Assembly: GCA_964609095.1 (NCBI GenBank)
Contig: CAZSQN010000001.1
Coordinates: 130,354 to 194,353 of the forward strand
DNA length: 64,000 nucleotides
Direction of reading: 5' to 3'
DNA from: an uncultured Gammaproteobacteria bacterium
Lineage (GTDB): Bacteria > Patescibacteriota > Patescibacteriia > CAZSQN01
Shown here: positions 9,831 through 18,675 of the stretch, piece by piece
How the letters are laid out: the number at the start of each line of letters is the position of its first letter
Position numbering within the stretch: position 1 is the stretch's first letter
Notes under the pieces: generated by a model
Told to the model about the DNA's origin: nothing
What the model saw: only the letters and a program-made list of their open reading frames with translations
Database searches by the model: none
Position numbers and translations under genes: made by a program

Positions 9831-9896
9831 TATTTAACACTCATCTTTTTGTCTTGTTGTTAAACATATATGTAATACACCGCCGTCTATTTAAAG

Positions 9897-10076
9897 ATGG
9901 GAAAATGGTATGTCGGATGTATAGAAGTTCCGGGTGTGAATACACAGGGAAGGACGCTTAAAGAATTAAAGAATAATCTTAAGGAGGCCTTAGTTTTGGT
10001 TTTAAAAGTAGGCAGGTCTATTCTCGCGAAAGAACGGCCTCGGGGAAAAGTCGTTCGTGAGCGCATTAGACTCTAA
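9897..10076 (+). CDS. HicB/UPF0150-like antitoxin-fold small protein (orphan)
   Basis: 59 aa, below ORF-track cutoff; MGKWYVGCIEVPGVNTQGRTLKELKNNLKEALVLVL matches the HicB/UPF0150 pattern (Y..I.E.PG....G.T.eEa..n..EA..l.l); no HicA partner seen. Confidence 0.4.
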   Translation: MGKWYVGCIEVPGVNTQGRTLKELKNNLKEALVLVLKVGRSILAKERPRGKVVRERIRL

Positions 10077-10097
10077 AACTTTCTTTAAAACTCTTAA

Positions 10098-10133
10098 AGT
10101 CCCTATTACTTGCTATAGCAAGTAATAGGGACT
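10098..10133. repeat. 36-bp perfect palindrome AGTCCCTATTACTTGCTATAGCAAGTAATAGGGACT (copy 1)
   Basis: Perfect inverted repeat; second near-identical copy at 10818-10850; the two flank ORF 10186..10734. Confidence 0.9.
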
Positions 10134-10185
10134 ATGATTGTTTTAGCAAATTTGATGTTTAATCATTCATATATGATTATGATTT

Positions 10186-10734
10186 ATGACCAAGAAAGGC
10201 GAAATCGCATTTAAGATTTTGGCGGCGGTAGGTTTGGCAGGGGTGGTATGCGCGGCAGTTGTCGCGCCAAATGTTTTCCAATTTCTGCCAAATCCGTACA
10301 AAAGAAAATACCCTAAAAGATCTTTAGATAAAGCTCTTCAACGATTGAAAGATCGCGGACTGTTGAAATTCGCCGCCGGTTCTAATGGCTGGAGAGTTGA
10401 ACTTACGGAAAAAGGCCGTGAAGAACTTTTTGCGTATGAGACGTGTGAAAAAATGTTTAAGAAGCCCAAACGATGGGATGGCAAATGGCGGCTTCTCGTG
10501 TTTGATATTGAGGAGAAAAGAAAAAGCATCAGAGAAATGGTGCGACAAACACTTGTGCGGCTGGGATTTTATCGTTTGCAGGATAGCGTTTGGGCACATC
10601 CTTATGAATGCGAGGATGTGTTGGAACTTTTGCGCGCTAAATACCGCGTTCGCCATGAGGCGTTGTATTTACGCGCGGAGTATTTGGCTAAAGATCATTG
10701 GCTGCGTAAGCACTTTAATCTTCCTTTAGATTAA
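10186..10734 (+). CDS. PaaX-family-like transcriptional regulator (short form)
   Basis: 182 aa; N-terminal wHTH-like segment ending LTEKGREEL; C-terminal RWDGKWRLLVFDIEEKRKSIREMVRQTLVRLGFYRLQDSVWAHP resembles PaaX_C (WDGxW...LGFG.L..G.W) by recollection. Confidence 0.45.
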   Translation: MTKKGEIAFKILAAVGLAGVVCAAVVAPNVFQFLPNPYKRKYPKRSLDKALQRLKDRGLLKFAAGSNGWRVELTEKGREELFAYETCEKMFKKPKRWDGKWRLLVFDIEEKRKSIREMVRQTLVRLGFYRLQDSVWAHPYECEDVLELLRAKYRVRHEALYLRAEYLAKDHWLRKHFNLPLD

Positions 10735-10817
10735 ATTCGTTTATTTCGTGCAGCTTGCTGCGCGGAGGTTCATTGCGTTTGAATTAAAAATAATTTTGGA
10801 AGGAAAAGATTGTTTGT

Positions 10818-10850
10818 CCCCCATTACTTGCTATAGCAAGTAATAGGAGT
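10818..10850. repeat. Palindrome copy 2 (CCCATTACTTGCTATAGCAAGTAATAGG)
   Basis: Same 26-30-bp palindromic core as 10098-10133 with one mismatch. Confidence 0.85.
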
Positions 10851-10965
10851 ATTGGGAATGAAGTTAATTCTATAAGAAGCGCGGCAATTTTTGATGTTAT
10901 ATAGAAATGATCATGAGGTTAATTTTTTTGATTGTGTTTTAATTGCAAATGAGATAGATTATTTA

Positions 10966-11751
10966 ATGAATATGTCCATGATTAAAACAGCCGAAGAAAT
11001 AGAGATAATGCGCCAAGGGGGCGCTATTTTGTCGCGTGTTTTGGGTGAAGTTGTCGCTCGCATCGTGCCTGGAGCGATAACATTGGAACTGGACGAATTG
11101 GCAGAGCGTAGAATGCGCGAGGCCGGCGGCGAGCCGTCGTTTAAGGGATATAAGACGCGCGGAGCCAAGACGGCGTTTCCTTCTTCTCTTTGCATATCTA
11201 TAAATGACGAGGTGGTGCATGCGCCGGCAACTCCGAGCCGCGCGCTTAAAGAAGGTGACATAACCGGATTGGATATCGGCGTTCGTTATAAAGGGTATTG
11301 CACGGACATGGCCGTAACTATTGGCGTTGGCAAAGTTTCCCGCGAAGCAAAGAGATTAATGTCCGTGACCCGCGACTCGCTTATGCGCGGGGTCTCCGCG
11401 GTCAAGCCGGGGAATTTCGTTTCCGATATCGGCAAAGCCGTGCAGGGCTATGCAGAAAAAAATGGATTTTCCATTGTCAGGGATTTGGTCGGGCATGGCG
11501 TAGGAAAGGGAGTTCACGAAGAGCCAAAGGTGCCGAATTATTTTGACGAGGATTTGCCGCCGGTTGAACTTAAACCGGGACTGGTTATTGCCATTGAACC
11601 GATGGTGAATGTTGGAGATTGCGAAGTGAGGACTCTTGGCGACGGCTGGACGATAGTCACATCCGACTGCTCGCTTTCGGCGCATTTTGAAATGACGGTG
11701 GCGGTGACAGATATTGGGTATGAGATTTTAACGCCACTACCAAGGTTATAG
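10966..11751 (+). CDS. map: Methionine aminopeptidase type I
   Basis: MetAP fold residues and metal ligands pattern (D...D...H...E...E); likely start MNMSMIK at 10966 (or MSMIK at 10972; ORF-track start 10891 over-extended). Confidence 0.9.
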   Translation: MNMSMIKTAEEIEIMRQGGAILSRVLGEVVARIVPGAITLELDELAERRMREAGGEPSFKGYKTRGAKTAFPSSLCISINDEVVHAPATPSRALKEGDITGLDIGVRYKGYCTDMAVTIGVGKVSREAKRLMSVTRDSLMRGVSAVKPGNFVSDIGKAVQGYAEKNGFSIVRDLVGHGVGKGVHEEPKVPNYFDEDLPPVELKPGLVIAIEPMVNVGDCEVRTLGDGWTIVTSDCSLSAHFEMTVAVTDIGYEILTPLPRL

Positions 11752-11796
11752 GGTTTAGGGTAAATCTAAACGCTATACGCTAACCGCTAAACGCTT

Positions 11797-12195
11797 ATGA
11801 AGTATCTAGGAATTGACCATGGCGGAAAAAGAATAGGTTTAGCCATTGGCGATGACGAAACGCGCGTCGCCAGCCCGTTAGAAGTGGTTGAAGCGGATTC
11901 TAACGAGGAGGCCGTTGCCGCAATTGGTTTGATTATAAAAGAAGAAGGAATTGATAAAATAATTTTGGGTCTGCCTCTATCCCTCAAAGGAGAAGAAGGA
12001 GCGCAGGCGGCTCGCGTGCGCGAGTTTGGAAACGGATTGAGCAAGCTGTCCAAGATTGACGTTATCTATGAGGACGAACGGCTTTCTTCCAAAATGGCAG
12101 ACGCGCTCCTAAAAGAAGCGTTGCCGGAGAAGCGGGACGCCGTGGCGGCGATGGTGATACTGCAATCTTATTTAGATAAATTGCGTAAAGTATAA
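11797..12195 (+). CDS. ruvX: Holliday-junction resolvase-like YqgF/RuvX
   Basis: 132 aa; MKYLGIDHGGKRIGLAIGD signature. Confidence 0.85.
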   Translation: MKYLGIDHGGKRIGLAIGDDETRVASPLEVVEADSNEEAVAAIGLIIKEEGIDKIILGLPLSLKGEEGAQAARVREFGNGLSKLSKIDVIYEDERLSSKMADALLKEALPEKRDAVAAMVILQSYLDKLRKV

Positions 12196-12196
12196 A

Positions 12197-12246
12197 ACAT
12201 GAAACCTGAAACATGATTTGTGTTCTATGTTTCATGCTTCATGCCG
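12197..12246. repeat. Imperfect hairpin built from CATGAAACA units
   Basis: catgaaacctgaaacatga ... tatgtttcatgcttcatg between ruvX and recO; related hairpins at 4541-4560 and 26611-26662. Confidence 0.6.
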
Positions 12247-12254
12247 TGTGAAAT

Positions 12255-13007
12255 ATGACTTACCGAACACTGGGTATTGTCTTGCGCCGCCGCGATGTGC
12301 GCGAAGCCGACCGACTTTATACTATTTATACCCGCGAACACGGCAAGATTGAGGCCATCGCGCGAGGCGGCAGAAAGATGGCCTCAAAATTATCTCCGCA
12401 TTTGGAAACATTTGCCACGGTGGATTTGTTAATTGCCCGGGGAAGATTGTGGGACCATGTTGCCGGCGCGGAATGCGCTTTGCGTTTTGGCGAAATCAGC
12501 TCACGCTATTTACCCACTGTTGCCGCGTGCTACGGTCTGGAAGCGATTGACGTTTTTACAAAGCACGGAGCTCGCGATCTCGGGCTTTGGAATTTGCTTC
12601 TTGAATATCTGCGCGCGCTGAATACCATCCCCGGCGGCTCATCGGCCGGAATTCTTTTTGGAATCACCAGAGCTTACTCTTGCCAGCTGCTTGCCCGTTT
12701 GGGAGTCGCGCCGGAATTGGGCAGATGCCATAATTGCAAGACGACGGATTCTCCGTCTTGGGAACTTGCTTCCGCCGGGATTCTTTGCTACGGTTGTTCC
12801 GGGATAAAGATGAACGAACCGTCAATGCCGCTTGGAAAAGAAGCTCTTTTACTTTTAAAGGCATATTGCCAAGAGCCGCTGGATAAATTTCTTTCGCCCT
12901 TGGAGGATGGTGGCGGCAATAAGGCGGCTTGGGGAGCCGTTGATTTTCTTTTAAGGACGCAGCTCGGAGCCAATCTTAAAAGCGAAAAATTTTTGAGCGT
13001 CAATTAG
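12255..13007 (+). CDS. recO: DNA repair protein RecO
   Basis: 250 aa; N-terminal OB fold region and C-terminal Cys4 zinc motif (CHNC...CYGC). Confidence 0.85.
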   Translation: MTYRTLGIVLRRRDVREADRLYTIYTREHGKIEAIARGGRKMASKLSPHLETFATVDLLIARGRLWDHVAGAECALRFGEISSRYLPTVAACYGLEAIDVFTKHGARDLGLWNLLLEYLRALNTIPGGSSAGILFGITRAYSCQLLARLGVAPELGRCHNCKTTDSPSWELASAGILCYGCSGIKMNEPSMPLGKEALLLLKAYCQEPLDKFLSPLEDGGGNKAAWGAVDFLLRTQLGANLKSEKFLSVN

Positions 13008-13022
13008 CCGGAGGAGAGAGAA

Positions 13023-13313
13023 TTGGGGCAAAAGCCGTCGCGCGTAACCAAGCATGCGATTAAACGGTATATGGGCCGCGTGCATAAGGGCCGGAGATTG
13101 AGGGAGCGCCACATTGTGGAGCGGATTCGGCAGATGCTAAAGCGCGGCTATCCAGTCGCGACAACGCGGAGAAATCAGGCGGTGCTGGAAAGCAAGCTTC
13201 ACGATGGGCGGGTATTTTACCTTATCTACGGCAATGATTCCGTTATCACTATAGTAACCGCCTCCATGTTTGAAGAAAGCCTGCGCCGGAGCGACTATCG
13301 CCTCATTTCATAA
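13023..13313 (+). CDS. Small basic hypothetical protein (DUF4258-like, possible toxin-fold)
   Basis: 96 aa; TKHAIKRYMGR motif loosely resembles DUF4258; weak. Confidence 0.3.
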   Translation: MGQKPSRVTKHAIKRYMGRVHKGRRLRERHIVERIRQMLKRGYPVATTRRNQAVLESKLHDGRVFYLIYGNDSVITIVTASMFEESLRRSDYRLIS

Positions 13314-13344
13314 TTCTCGCCTTCCCAAAAGGCGAGATTTTTTT
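13314..13344 (+). terminator. Rho-independent terminator
   Basis: tctcgcc-ttcccaaaa-ggcgaga then T8. Confidence 0.75.
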
Positions 13345-13388
13345 TGGCCGCTTTACTACGGCGGATATTTGGTATAAATTATTCTTAT

Positions 13389-14780
13389 ATGATTAAAACC
13401 AGAACAACCGTGTTAGACGCCGTTTCGCGCGTCGGCGAAGAAATATTGCTCAAAGGATGGGTGCGCGGCAGGCGAGATATGGGCAAGATTATTTTTATTG
13501 ATTTGCGCGACCGAAGCGGAATTATGCAAGTGATTTGCGCCGCGCCGGAGGTTGTGGCGACGGCAAACCAGCTTAGAAGCGAATACGCGGTTGCCATCCG
13601 CGGTTTGGTTAAAGAGCGCAGCGCGAAGCAAATAAACGAAAAATTGCCATCCGGCCGGGTGGAAGTTGAAGCTCTGGAAGTCATCATAATCAATCCCGCA
13701 AAAACGCCTCCTTTTGAATTGGACAAAGACACTCGTTTTGTAAATGAGGAAACCAGATTAAGATACCGTTATCTTGATTTGAGAAGTGAAAGAATGTTAA
13801 AAAATCTGGAATTGCGGCACAGAGTAATTAAATTTTTCCGCGATTTCTTGTCGGACAGAGGATTTTTGGAAGTGGAGACCCCGATTTTAACCAAGGGCAC
13901 GCCGGAGGGGGCGCGCGAATTTATTGTTCCCTCGCGGCTTCATGCGGGCAAGGCCTATGTTTTGCCGCAATCGCCCCAGCAGTTTAAGCAGCTTCTGATG
14001 GTCGCCGGCGTTGAAAAATATTTTCAGGTGGCCAAGGCCTTCCGGGACGAGGACCAGCGCGGAGACCGCCAGCCGGAGTTTACCCAACTTGATATTGAAA
14101 TGAGTTTTGTGGAGCAGGAAGATATTTTAAAATTGGGCGAAGAGATGATGAACGCGCTCATTGACGCGCTAAACGATGCGGGCGGTGGCTATCGCGTTTC
14201 CAAAAATCCGTGGCCGCGCCTTACTTATGCCGAGGCGATGGAAAAATATAAAACCGACAAGCCGGATTTGCGGGAAGATAAAAATAATCCAAAAGAGCTT
14301 GCTTTCGCCTGGGTGGTTGATTTTCCAATGTATGAGCAAGACGCCGAAGGGGCGCTGGCCGCCGCGCACCATCCTTTTACCAGGCCGCATTCGGAAGACG
14401 AGCATTTATTGGAATTGGATCCGTTAAAAGTAAGAGCGCGGTCGTATGATATTGTTTTGAACGGATATGAAATTTCGTCGGGGTCCATCCGCATCCATGA
14501 GCGCGAACTGCAGAACAGGATATTTAAAATTTTAGGGCTCTCGCAGGAAGAAATTAACGCTAAATTCGGCCATATGCTGGAAGCGTTTGAATACGGCGCT
14601 CCGCCGCACGGCGGATTTGCTCCCGGGTTGGACAGGTTAGTGATGATTTTGGCGGACGAGCCCAATATCCGCGAAGTTATGGCCTTTCCCAAAACCGGCG
14701 ACGCGCGCGACCCGATGATGGGCTCTCCCTCTCTAATCGGCGCGAAACAAATGAAAGACGCGCATATAAAATGGACTTAA
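13389..14780 (+). CDS. aspS: Aspartyl-tRNA synthetase (short, archaeal/eukaryal-like form without GAD insertion)
   Basis: Class II motifs FRDEDQRGDRQPEFTQLDIEMSF and GSIRIHE; QSPQQFKQLLMV; start MIKTRTT at 13389 downstream of the 13314-13344 terminator. Confidence 0.85.
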   Translation: MIKTRTTVLDAVSRVGEEILLKGWVRGRRDMGKIIFIDLRDRSGIMQVICAAPEVVATANQLRSEYAVAIRGLVKERSAKQINEKLPSGRVEVEALEVIIINPAKTPPFELDKDTRFVNEETRLRYRYLDLRSERMLKNLELRHRVIKFFRDFLSDRGFLEVETPILTKGTPEGAREFIVPSRLHAGKAYVLPQSPQQFKQLLMVAGVEKYFQVAKAFRDEDQRGDRQPEFTQLDIEMSFVEQEDILKLGEEMMNALIDALNDAGGGYRVSKNPWPRLTYAEAMEKYKTDKPDLREDKNNPKELAFAWVVDFPMYEQDAEGALAAAHHPFTRPHSEDEHLLELDPLKVRARSYDIVLNGYEISSGSIRIHERELQNRIFKILGLSQEEINAKFGHMLEAFEYGAPPHGGFAPGLDRLVMILADEPNIREVMAFPKTGDARDPMMGSPSLIGAKQMKDAHIKWT

Positions 14781-14812
14781 ATTTTTAACTTTTAACTTTT
14801 AATTTAAATTGT

Positions 14813-15328
14813 ATGGCGGCTTCAAAAAAAATTCTAACTCATCTTAAAGCCGGCAAAGTCAAGTTTGACGTGGTTGAGCACAAGAAAGTTTATACTGCTT
14901 ATGATTTAGCGCGGACGCTTGGCGAAAAACTGGAAAAAATCGCCAAAACGCTTCTGGTGGAGGCGGAACTGCCCAAACTGCAGAAAAAAGGAAAAAATTA
15001 TTTCGTCGTGGTGTTGCCGGCGTCTTACCGACTGGATTTGCAGAAATTAAAAAAAGAATTAAAGGCAAAAAGCGCGGTTTTGGCGCCGGAGCGCGTGATG
15101 AAAAAATTCGGCATCAAGCCGGGAGAGCTGACCCCGTTTGGCTCTTTGCACAAACTTGAGGTGCTTTTGGACAAGGGATTGGCCAAAACCAAAGAAGTGA
15201 TTCTTTCCGCCGGAAGTCTAACTGACGCTGTCAGAATGAAGGTAAAAGATTTGCACAAATTGGAGGGCGCGCGCCTTGTCGGCGCCGGCGCCAAAATTGC
15301 GGCCAAAAAAGCTAAAAAAAGAAAATAA
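14813..15328 (+). CDS. YbaK/ProX-like aminoacyl-tRNA deacylase domain protein with Lys-rich tail
   Basis: 171 aa; KTLLVEAE...YFVVVLPASYRLDLQKLK...GIKPGELTPFG pattern of YbaK/ProX editing domains. Confidence 0.55.
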   Translation: MAASKKILTHLKAGKVKFDVVEHKKVYTAYDLARTLGEKLEKIAKTLLVEAELPKLQKKGKNYFVVVLPASYRLDLQKLKKELKAKSAVLAPERVMKKFGIKPGELTPFGSLHKLEVLLDKGLAKTKEVILSAGSLTDAVRMKVKDLHKLEGARLVGAGAKIAAKKAKKRK

Positions 15329-15336
15329 CCGGGTCA

Positions 15337-16032
15337 ATGCCGTACAAAGTCAGATTGGAAAAATTTGAAGGTCCGCTGGATTTATTGCTCCAGCTGATTG
15401 AATCGGAAGAGCTGCCCATAACGGAGGTGTCGCTGGCCGAAGTTGCCGAACAATATGTGGCGCATCTTCAGGCGATTGAAGAAAAAAATCCGGAGGAACT
15501 GGCCGATTTTCTTCTTGTCGCCGCCAAGCTCCTGCTTATAAAATCGCGCGTTCTTTTGCCGTCTCTGGATTTGAATCTGGAAGAAGATGGCATCAGCTTG
15601 GAAGACCAGCTGAAGTTATATAAGGAATACGCCCAAGCGTCAAAAACGGTCCAGGCAATTATCGGCAAGCGCGCTTTTAGCTGGCCAAGGCAGAAGGCGC
15701 CTCTTCAAGCGGGGATATTCACCCCCCCCAAGGGGCTTAATCCCGGGAAATTAGCCGCGGTATTTAGGGATATTTTGCGCGCGCTTGCGCCCGTCTCCAA
15801 GCTTCCCGGCGCCGCCATTTCCCGCGCCATCTCCATAAAAGAAAAGATAGAAGAGCTGCGTCGGCTGATTTTGTCTAAAGCGCAGATTAATTTTTCTCAG
15901 ATTATGCGCGGAGCCAAAAGCAAGACGGAAGTGATTGTCAGCTTTTTGGCTCTTTTGGAGCTTATCAAGCAAAAAATAGTCAATGTGTCGCAGAAAGAAT
16001 TGTTTGAAGATATCAGCGTAAAAAGAATATAG
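15337..16032 (+). CDS. scpA: Segregation and condensation protein A
   Basis: FEGPLDLLLQLIESEELPITEVSLAEVAEQYVAHL signature. Confidence 0.85.
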   Translation: MPYKVRLEKFEGPLDLLLQLIESEELPITEVSLAEVAEQYVAHLQAIEEKNPEELADFLLVAAKLLLIKSRVLLPSLDLNLEEDGISLEDQLKLYKEYAQASKTVQAIIGKRAFSWPRQKAPLQAGIFTPPKGLNPGKLAAVFRDILRALAPVSKLPGAAISRAISIKEKIEELRRLILSKAQINFSQIMRGAKSKTEVIVSFLALLELIKQKIVNVSQKELFEDISVKRI

Positions 16033-16056
16033 ATAATACCAATTTAATTCGTTTTT

Positions 16057-16635
16057 GTGGCAAATCTGAAACAGAAAATTGAAAGCATTATGTTTGTGGC
16101 GACGCATCCCCTGCATCTTAAAAAGATGGCGGAGTTTTTGGACGCGAATGTTTCCAAAGTTGAAGAGGCAATGGAAGAGCTAAGGCAATACTACAAAGAA
16201 CGCGGCGGCGGAATGCAGATTTTAAAAAATGGAAAAGAGTATCAGATGGTCACCTCCCCCGAGTGCTCAAAGACCGTTGAAGAATATGTGCGCAAGGAGG
16301 AGACGGGCGAGCTGACGCGCCCCCAGCTTGAAACGCTCACGGTCATTGCTTACCGCGGACCCATTAGCAAGCCGGAATTGGACCAGGTCAGGGGCATAAA
16401 TTCGGCTTTAATTTTGCGCAATTTGATGATCCGCGGACTGGTGCAGGAGGAAGAAGATAAAAAAACGGGAATGTCCAATTATGCCATCACTATGGATTTT
16501 CTCCGGTTTCTGGGTTTGCGGGAGGTAGGGGAACTTCCCGATTATGAGCGGCTTCGCGGAGATAAAACAATCAGCGACTTGCTTGAACAGATGAAAAAAA
16601 ATAAAATCGCGGGAGGCGGCGCGGCGCCGGTATGA
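16057..16635 (+). CDS. scpB: Segregation and condensation protein B
   Basis: IESIMFVATHPL start and tandem wHTH architecture; downstream of scpA. Confidence 0.8.
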   Translation: MANLKQKIESIMFVATHPLHLKKMAEFLDANVSKVEEAMEELRQYYKERGGGMQILKNGKEYQMVTSPECSKTVEEYVRKEETGELTRPQLETLTVIAYRGPISKPELDQVRGINSALILRNLMIRGLVQEEEDKKTGMSNYAITMDFLRFLGLREVGELPDYERLRGDKTISDLLEQMKKNKIAGGGAAPV

Positions 16636-17603
16636 CCGCCATATTGTTTTTTCAAGTTATTTTTTCTATTATTTTGGCGGCGCTGACGGGGAATCTGCCT
16701 TTGTCTTTTTTAGAATCAAAGGCGCGAATGGGCAAATTGGGATTTTTTGAAAAAAGAGACGCTTCTTTAGAATCCAATTACCTGCCCGCTTCCGCCGACA
16801 AGCCGTCTCCGCCAAAGAGAAAGCCAGGAAGCCGTTCCGTGGGCATAGAAATATCAGCCAATGTGGCCGCGGCGGTTGATATGGTAAGCGGCAAAACGCT
16901 TTTTGAAAAAAAAGCCGATTTTGCCATGCCTTTGGCGTCGCTTACCAAACTGATGACCGCGCTCGTGGCGCTGGAGGCGCCGCCGGAGTGGGAGCGTGAA
17001 GTAGTGATAATGGAAAGCGACTTGCGGGAAGGGCCGCGTTCTATGAATGCGGGGGATAAAATTACGATTAAAGACCTTTTTTATTCGGCGCTTGTCGCTT
17101 CTGAAAATACGGCCGCCGTGGCTCTTAGCCGATCAATGGACATTGCTCCGGATGAATTTATTTTAAGGATGAACGCAAAGGCGGAAGAATTGGGCATGCT
17201 TAATTCAAGCTTTAAGGATGTCACCGGCCTTGATCCCGGCAATATCGCTAACGCGCTTGACGTGGCGGTTTTGGCGCGCGCCGCTTTTAAGGAAGAAAAA
17301 ATAAAAAATGCTCTGATGACAAGCTCGTATGAAATAGTGAAATCAAATACGGGCGAGAAGAAGAATATCAAGAATACCGACCGGTTGCTGGATGGAGTGC
17401 TTAATCGCGAACCGTTTAAGATTCAGGGCGGAAAAACAGGCTATATTGACGAAAGCGGATATAATTTTGTTTTTGAAGTTAAAGGCGGCAAAAAACAGGA
17501 TTTGGTGGTTGTTGTTTTTGGCAGCGAAAGCGCGGAGGCGCGCTTCGAAGATGCGAAAAATCTGGCTTTGTGGGCTTTTGAAAATTTTGATTGGGAAAAA
17601 TAA
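16632..17603 (+). CDS. D-alanyl-D-alanine carboxypeptidase (peptidase S11, PBP5/6-like)
   Basis: SxxK (ASLTK), SxN (SENTAA) and KTG (GKTGY) motifs; ATGA overlap with scpB. Confidence 0.8.
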   Translation: MTAILFFQVIFSIILAALTGNLPLSFLESKARMGKLGFFEKRDASLESNYLPASADKPSPPKRKPGSRSVGIEISANVAAAVDMVSGKTLFEKKADFAMPLASLTKLMTALVALEAPPEWEREVVIMESDLREGPRSMNAGDKITIKDLFYSALVASENTAAVALSRSMDIAPDEFILRMNAKAEELGMLNSSFKDVTGLDPGNIANALDVAVLARAAFKEEKIKNALMTSSYEIVKSNTGEKKNIKNTDRLLDGVLNREPFKIQGGKTGYIDESGYNFVFEVKGGKKQDLVVVVFGSESAEARFEDAKNLALWAFENFDWEK

Positions 17604-17609
17604 TTTTTT

Positions 17610-18092
17610 ATGTTTTTTGAATGGCTTAACAATTTGCCGCACGAGCTTGGAACCGTCGTCATTGCCATGACGCCGATTTTGGAATTACGCGCTTCCATAC
17701 CGATAGCGCTCGGCGTTTATAAAATGTCAATTCCTTCGGCGATATTTTTTTCCGCTATCGGCGACATGATTCCGGCCGTCATCATCCTTCGCTACGCGGG
17801 CGTTATCTCGGAACTGATGAGCAAACATTCGCGATTTTTTGATAACGCGATGAAATGGTGGGCTAAAAGGACGGAGAAAAAATTTCTGGACGGGTTTGCC
17901 AAATACGGTTTGGCGGCGCTTTTTATTTTTGTGGCTGTGCCATTGCCCGGCACCGGCAGCTGGAGCGGAGCTTTGGCGGCGTTTTTGTTCCGTCTTCCGT
18001 TTTTGCCGTCGCTTCTGGCCATAGCCGCGGGAGTGTTTGTCGCGGCTTTTATTGTTGCCGGAGCCAGCGCCGGAGCGCTTGCTATTTTTTAG
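17610..18092 (+). CDS. Small polytopic membrane protein (COG2426-like, putative small export protein family)
   Basis: 160 aa, 4 hydrophobic helices; LELRASIPIALG motif; family assignment tentative. Confidence 0.35.
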   Translation: MFFEWLNNLPHELGTVVIAMTPILELRASIPIALGVYKMSIPSAIFFSAIGDMIPAVIILRYAGVISELMSKHSRFFDNAMKWWAKRTEKKFLDGFAKYGLAALFIFVAVPLPGTGSWSGALAAFLFRLPFLPSLLAIAAGVFVAAFIVAGASAGALAIF

Positions 18093-18164
18093 AATTTAAT
18101 AGATATTGAAAAATAAAAAGCGGCCATATGCGGCGCTTTTTAGCTGTAAATAATTGTGTTTAAT

Positions 18165-18241
18165 TGGTAGCGGGGGCCGGAATCGAACCGGCGACCTAGG
18201 GCTTATGAGTCCCTCGCTCTAACCGACTGAGCTACCCCGCC
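18165..18241 (-). tRNA. tRNA-Met (CAU), elongator-type (or Ile2-lysidine; CAU anticodon)
   Basis: Reverse complement folds as cloverleaf GGCGGGGUAGCUCAGUCGGUUAGAGC...CUCAUAA...GGUUCGAUUCC...ACCA; paired 1:72; CCA encoded. Confidence 0.85.
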
Positions 18242-18545
18242 GTGCGCTCGCTTACCGACCGCACTCTCGTTCATGCTCAATGCTTCGCCTTCACTTTCGT
18301 GCAGTCGCCGCTCGCTGTTGCGTCTGTACAACAGAAGCAGCTATATTAGGGTGATTTTAAATTCTCTGCCCACAACTGTACACACAACGCTGGTTTTGTG
18401 CACGGTTGCGGGGGTGGGATTTCTTTCGCTCCGACTCAAGTCCGGGCGCTGCGTACCAGCCCGATAACATCGGGCTTACTCGCGTCCTTCAAATCCCGTC
18501 CTTGATCCGCGCAACACTGTACAGAAGAAATAGCTTCTGTCCACT

Positions 18546-18618
18546 GTTGCGGGGGTGGGATTTGAACCCACGACCTCCAGGTTATGGGCCTGGCGAGCTG
18601 CCACTGCTCTACCCCGCT
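18546..18618 (-). tRNA. Initiator tRNA-fMet (CAU)
   Basis: Closely parallels E. coli tRNA-fMet (GAGCAG D-region, CCCAUAA anticodon loop, UUCAAAUCC T-loop, CCCCGCAA 3' end); unpaired A1:A72; CCA not encoded. Confidence 0.8.
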
Positions 18619-18675
18619 GTATTTACAGTAAATATTATCATAATTTAGATTTGTTGTCAATTTGAAAATTTTCTC

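Noticed and set aside
10385-10729. 114-aa alternative-frame ORF inside the PaaX-like gene
   Set aside because: Same-strand overlapping frame with Cys/Arg-rich nonsense-like composition; the 182-aa frame has the recognisable motifs
18400-18530. Possible extra tRNA or pseudo-tRNA upstream of tRNA-fMet
   Set aside because: Only the last about 17 nt (T-arm/acceptor 3' side) match; no cloverleaf can be formed, so treated as a partial duplication
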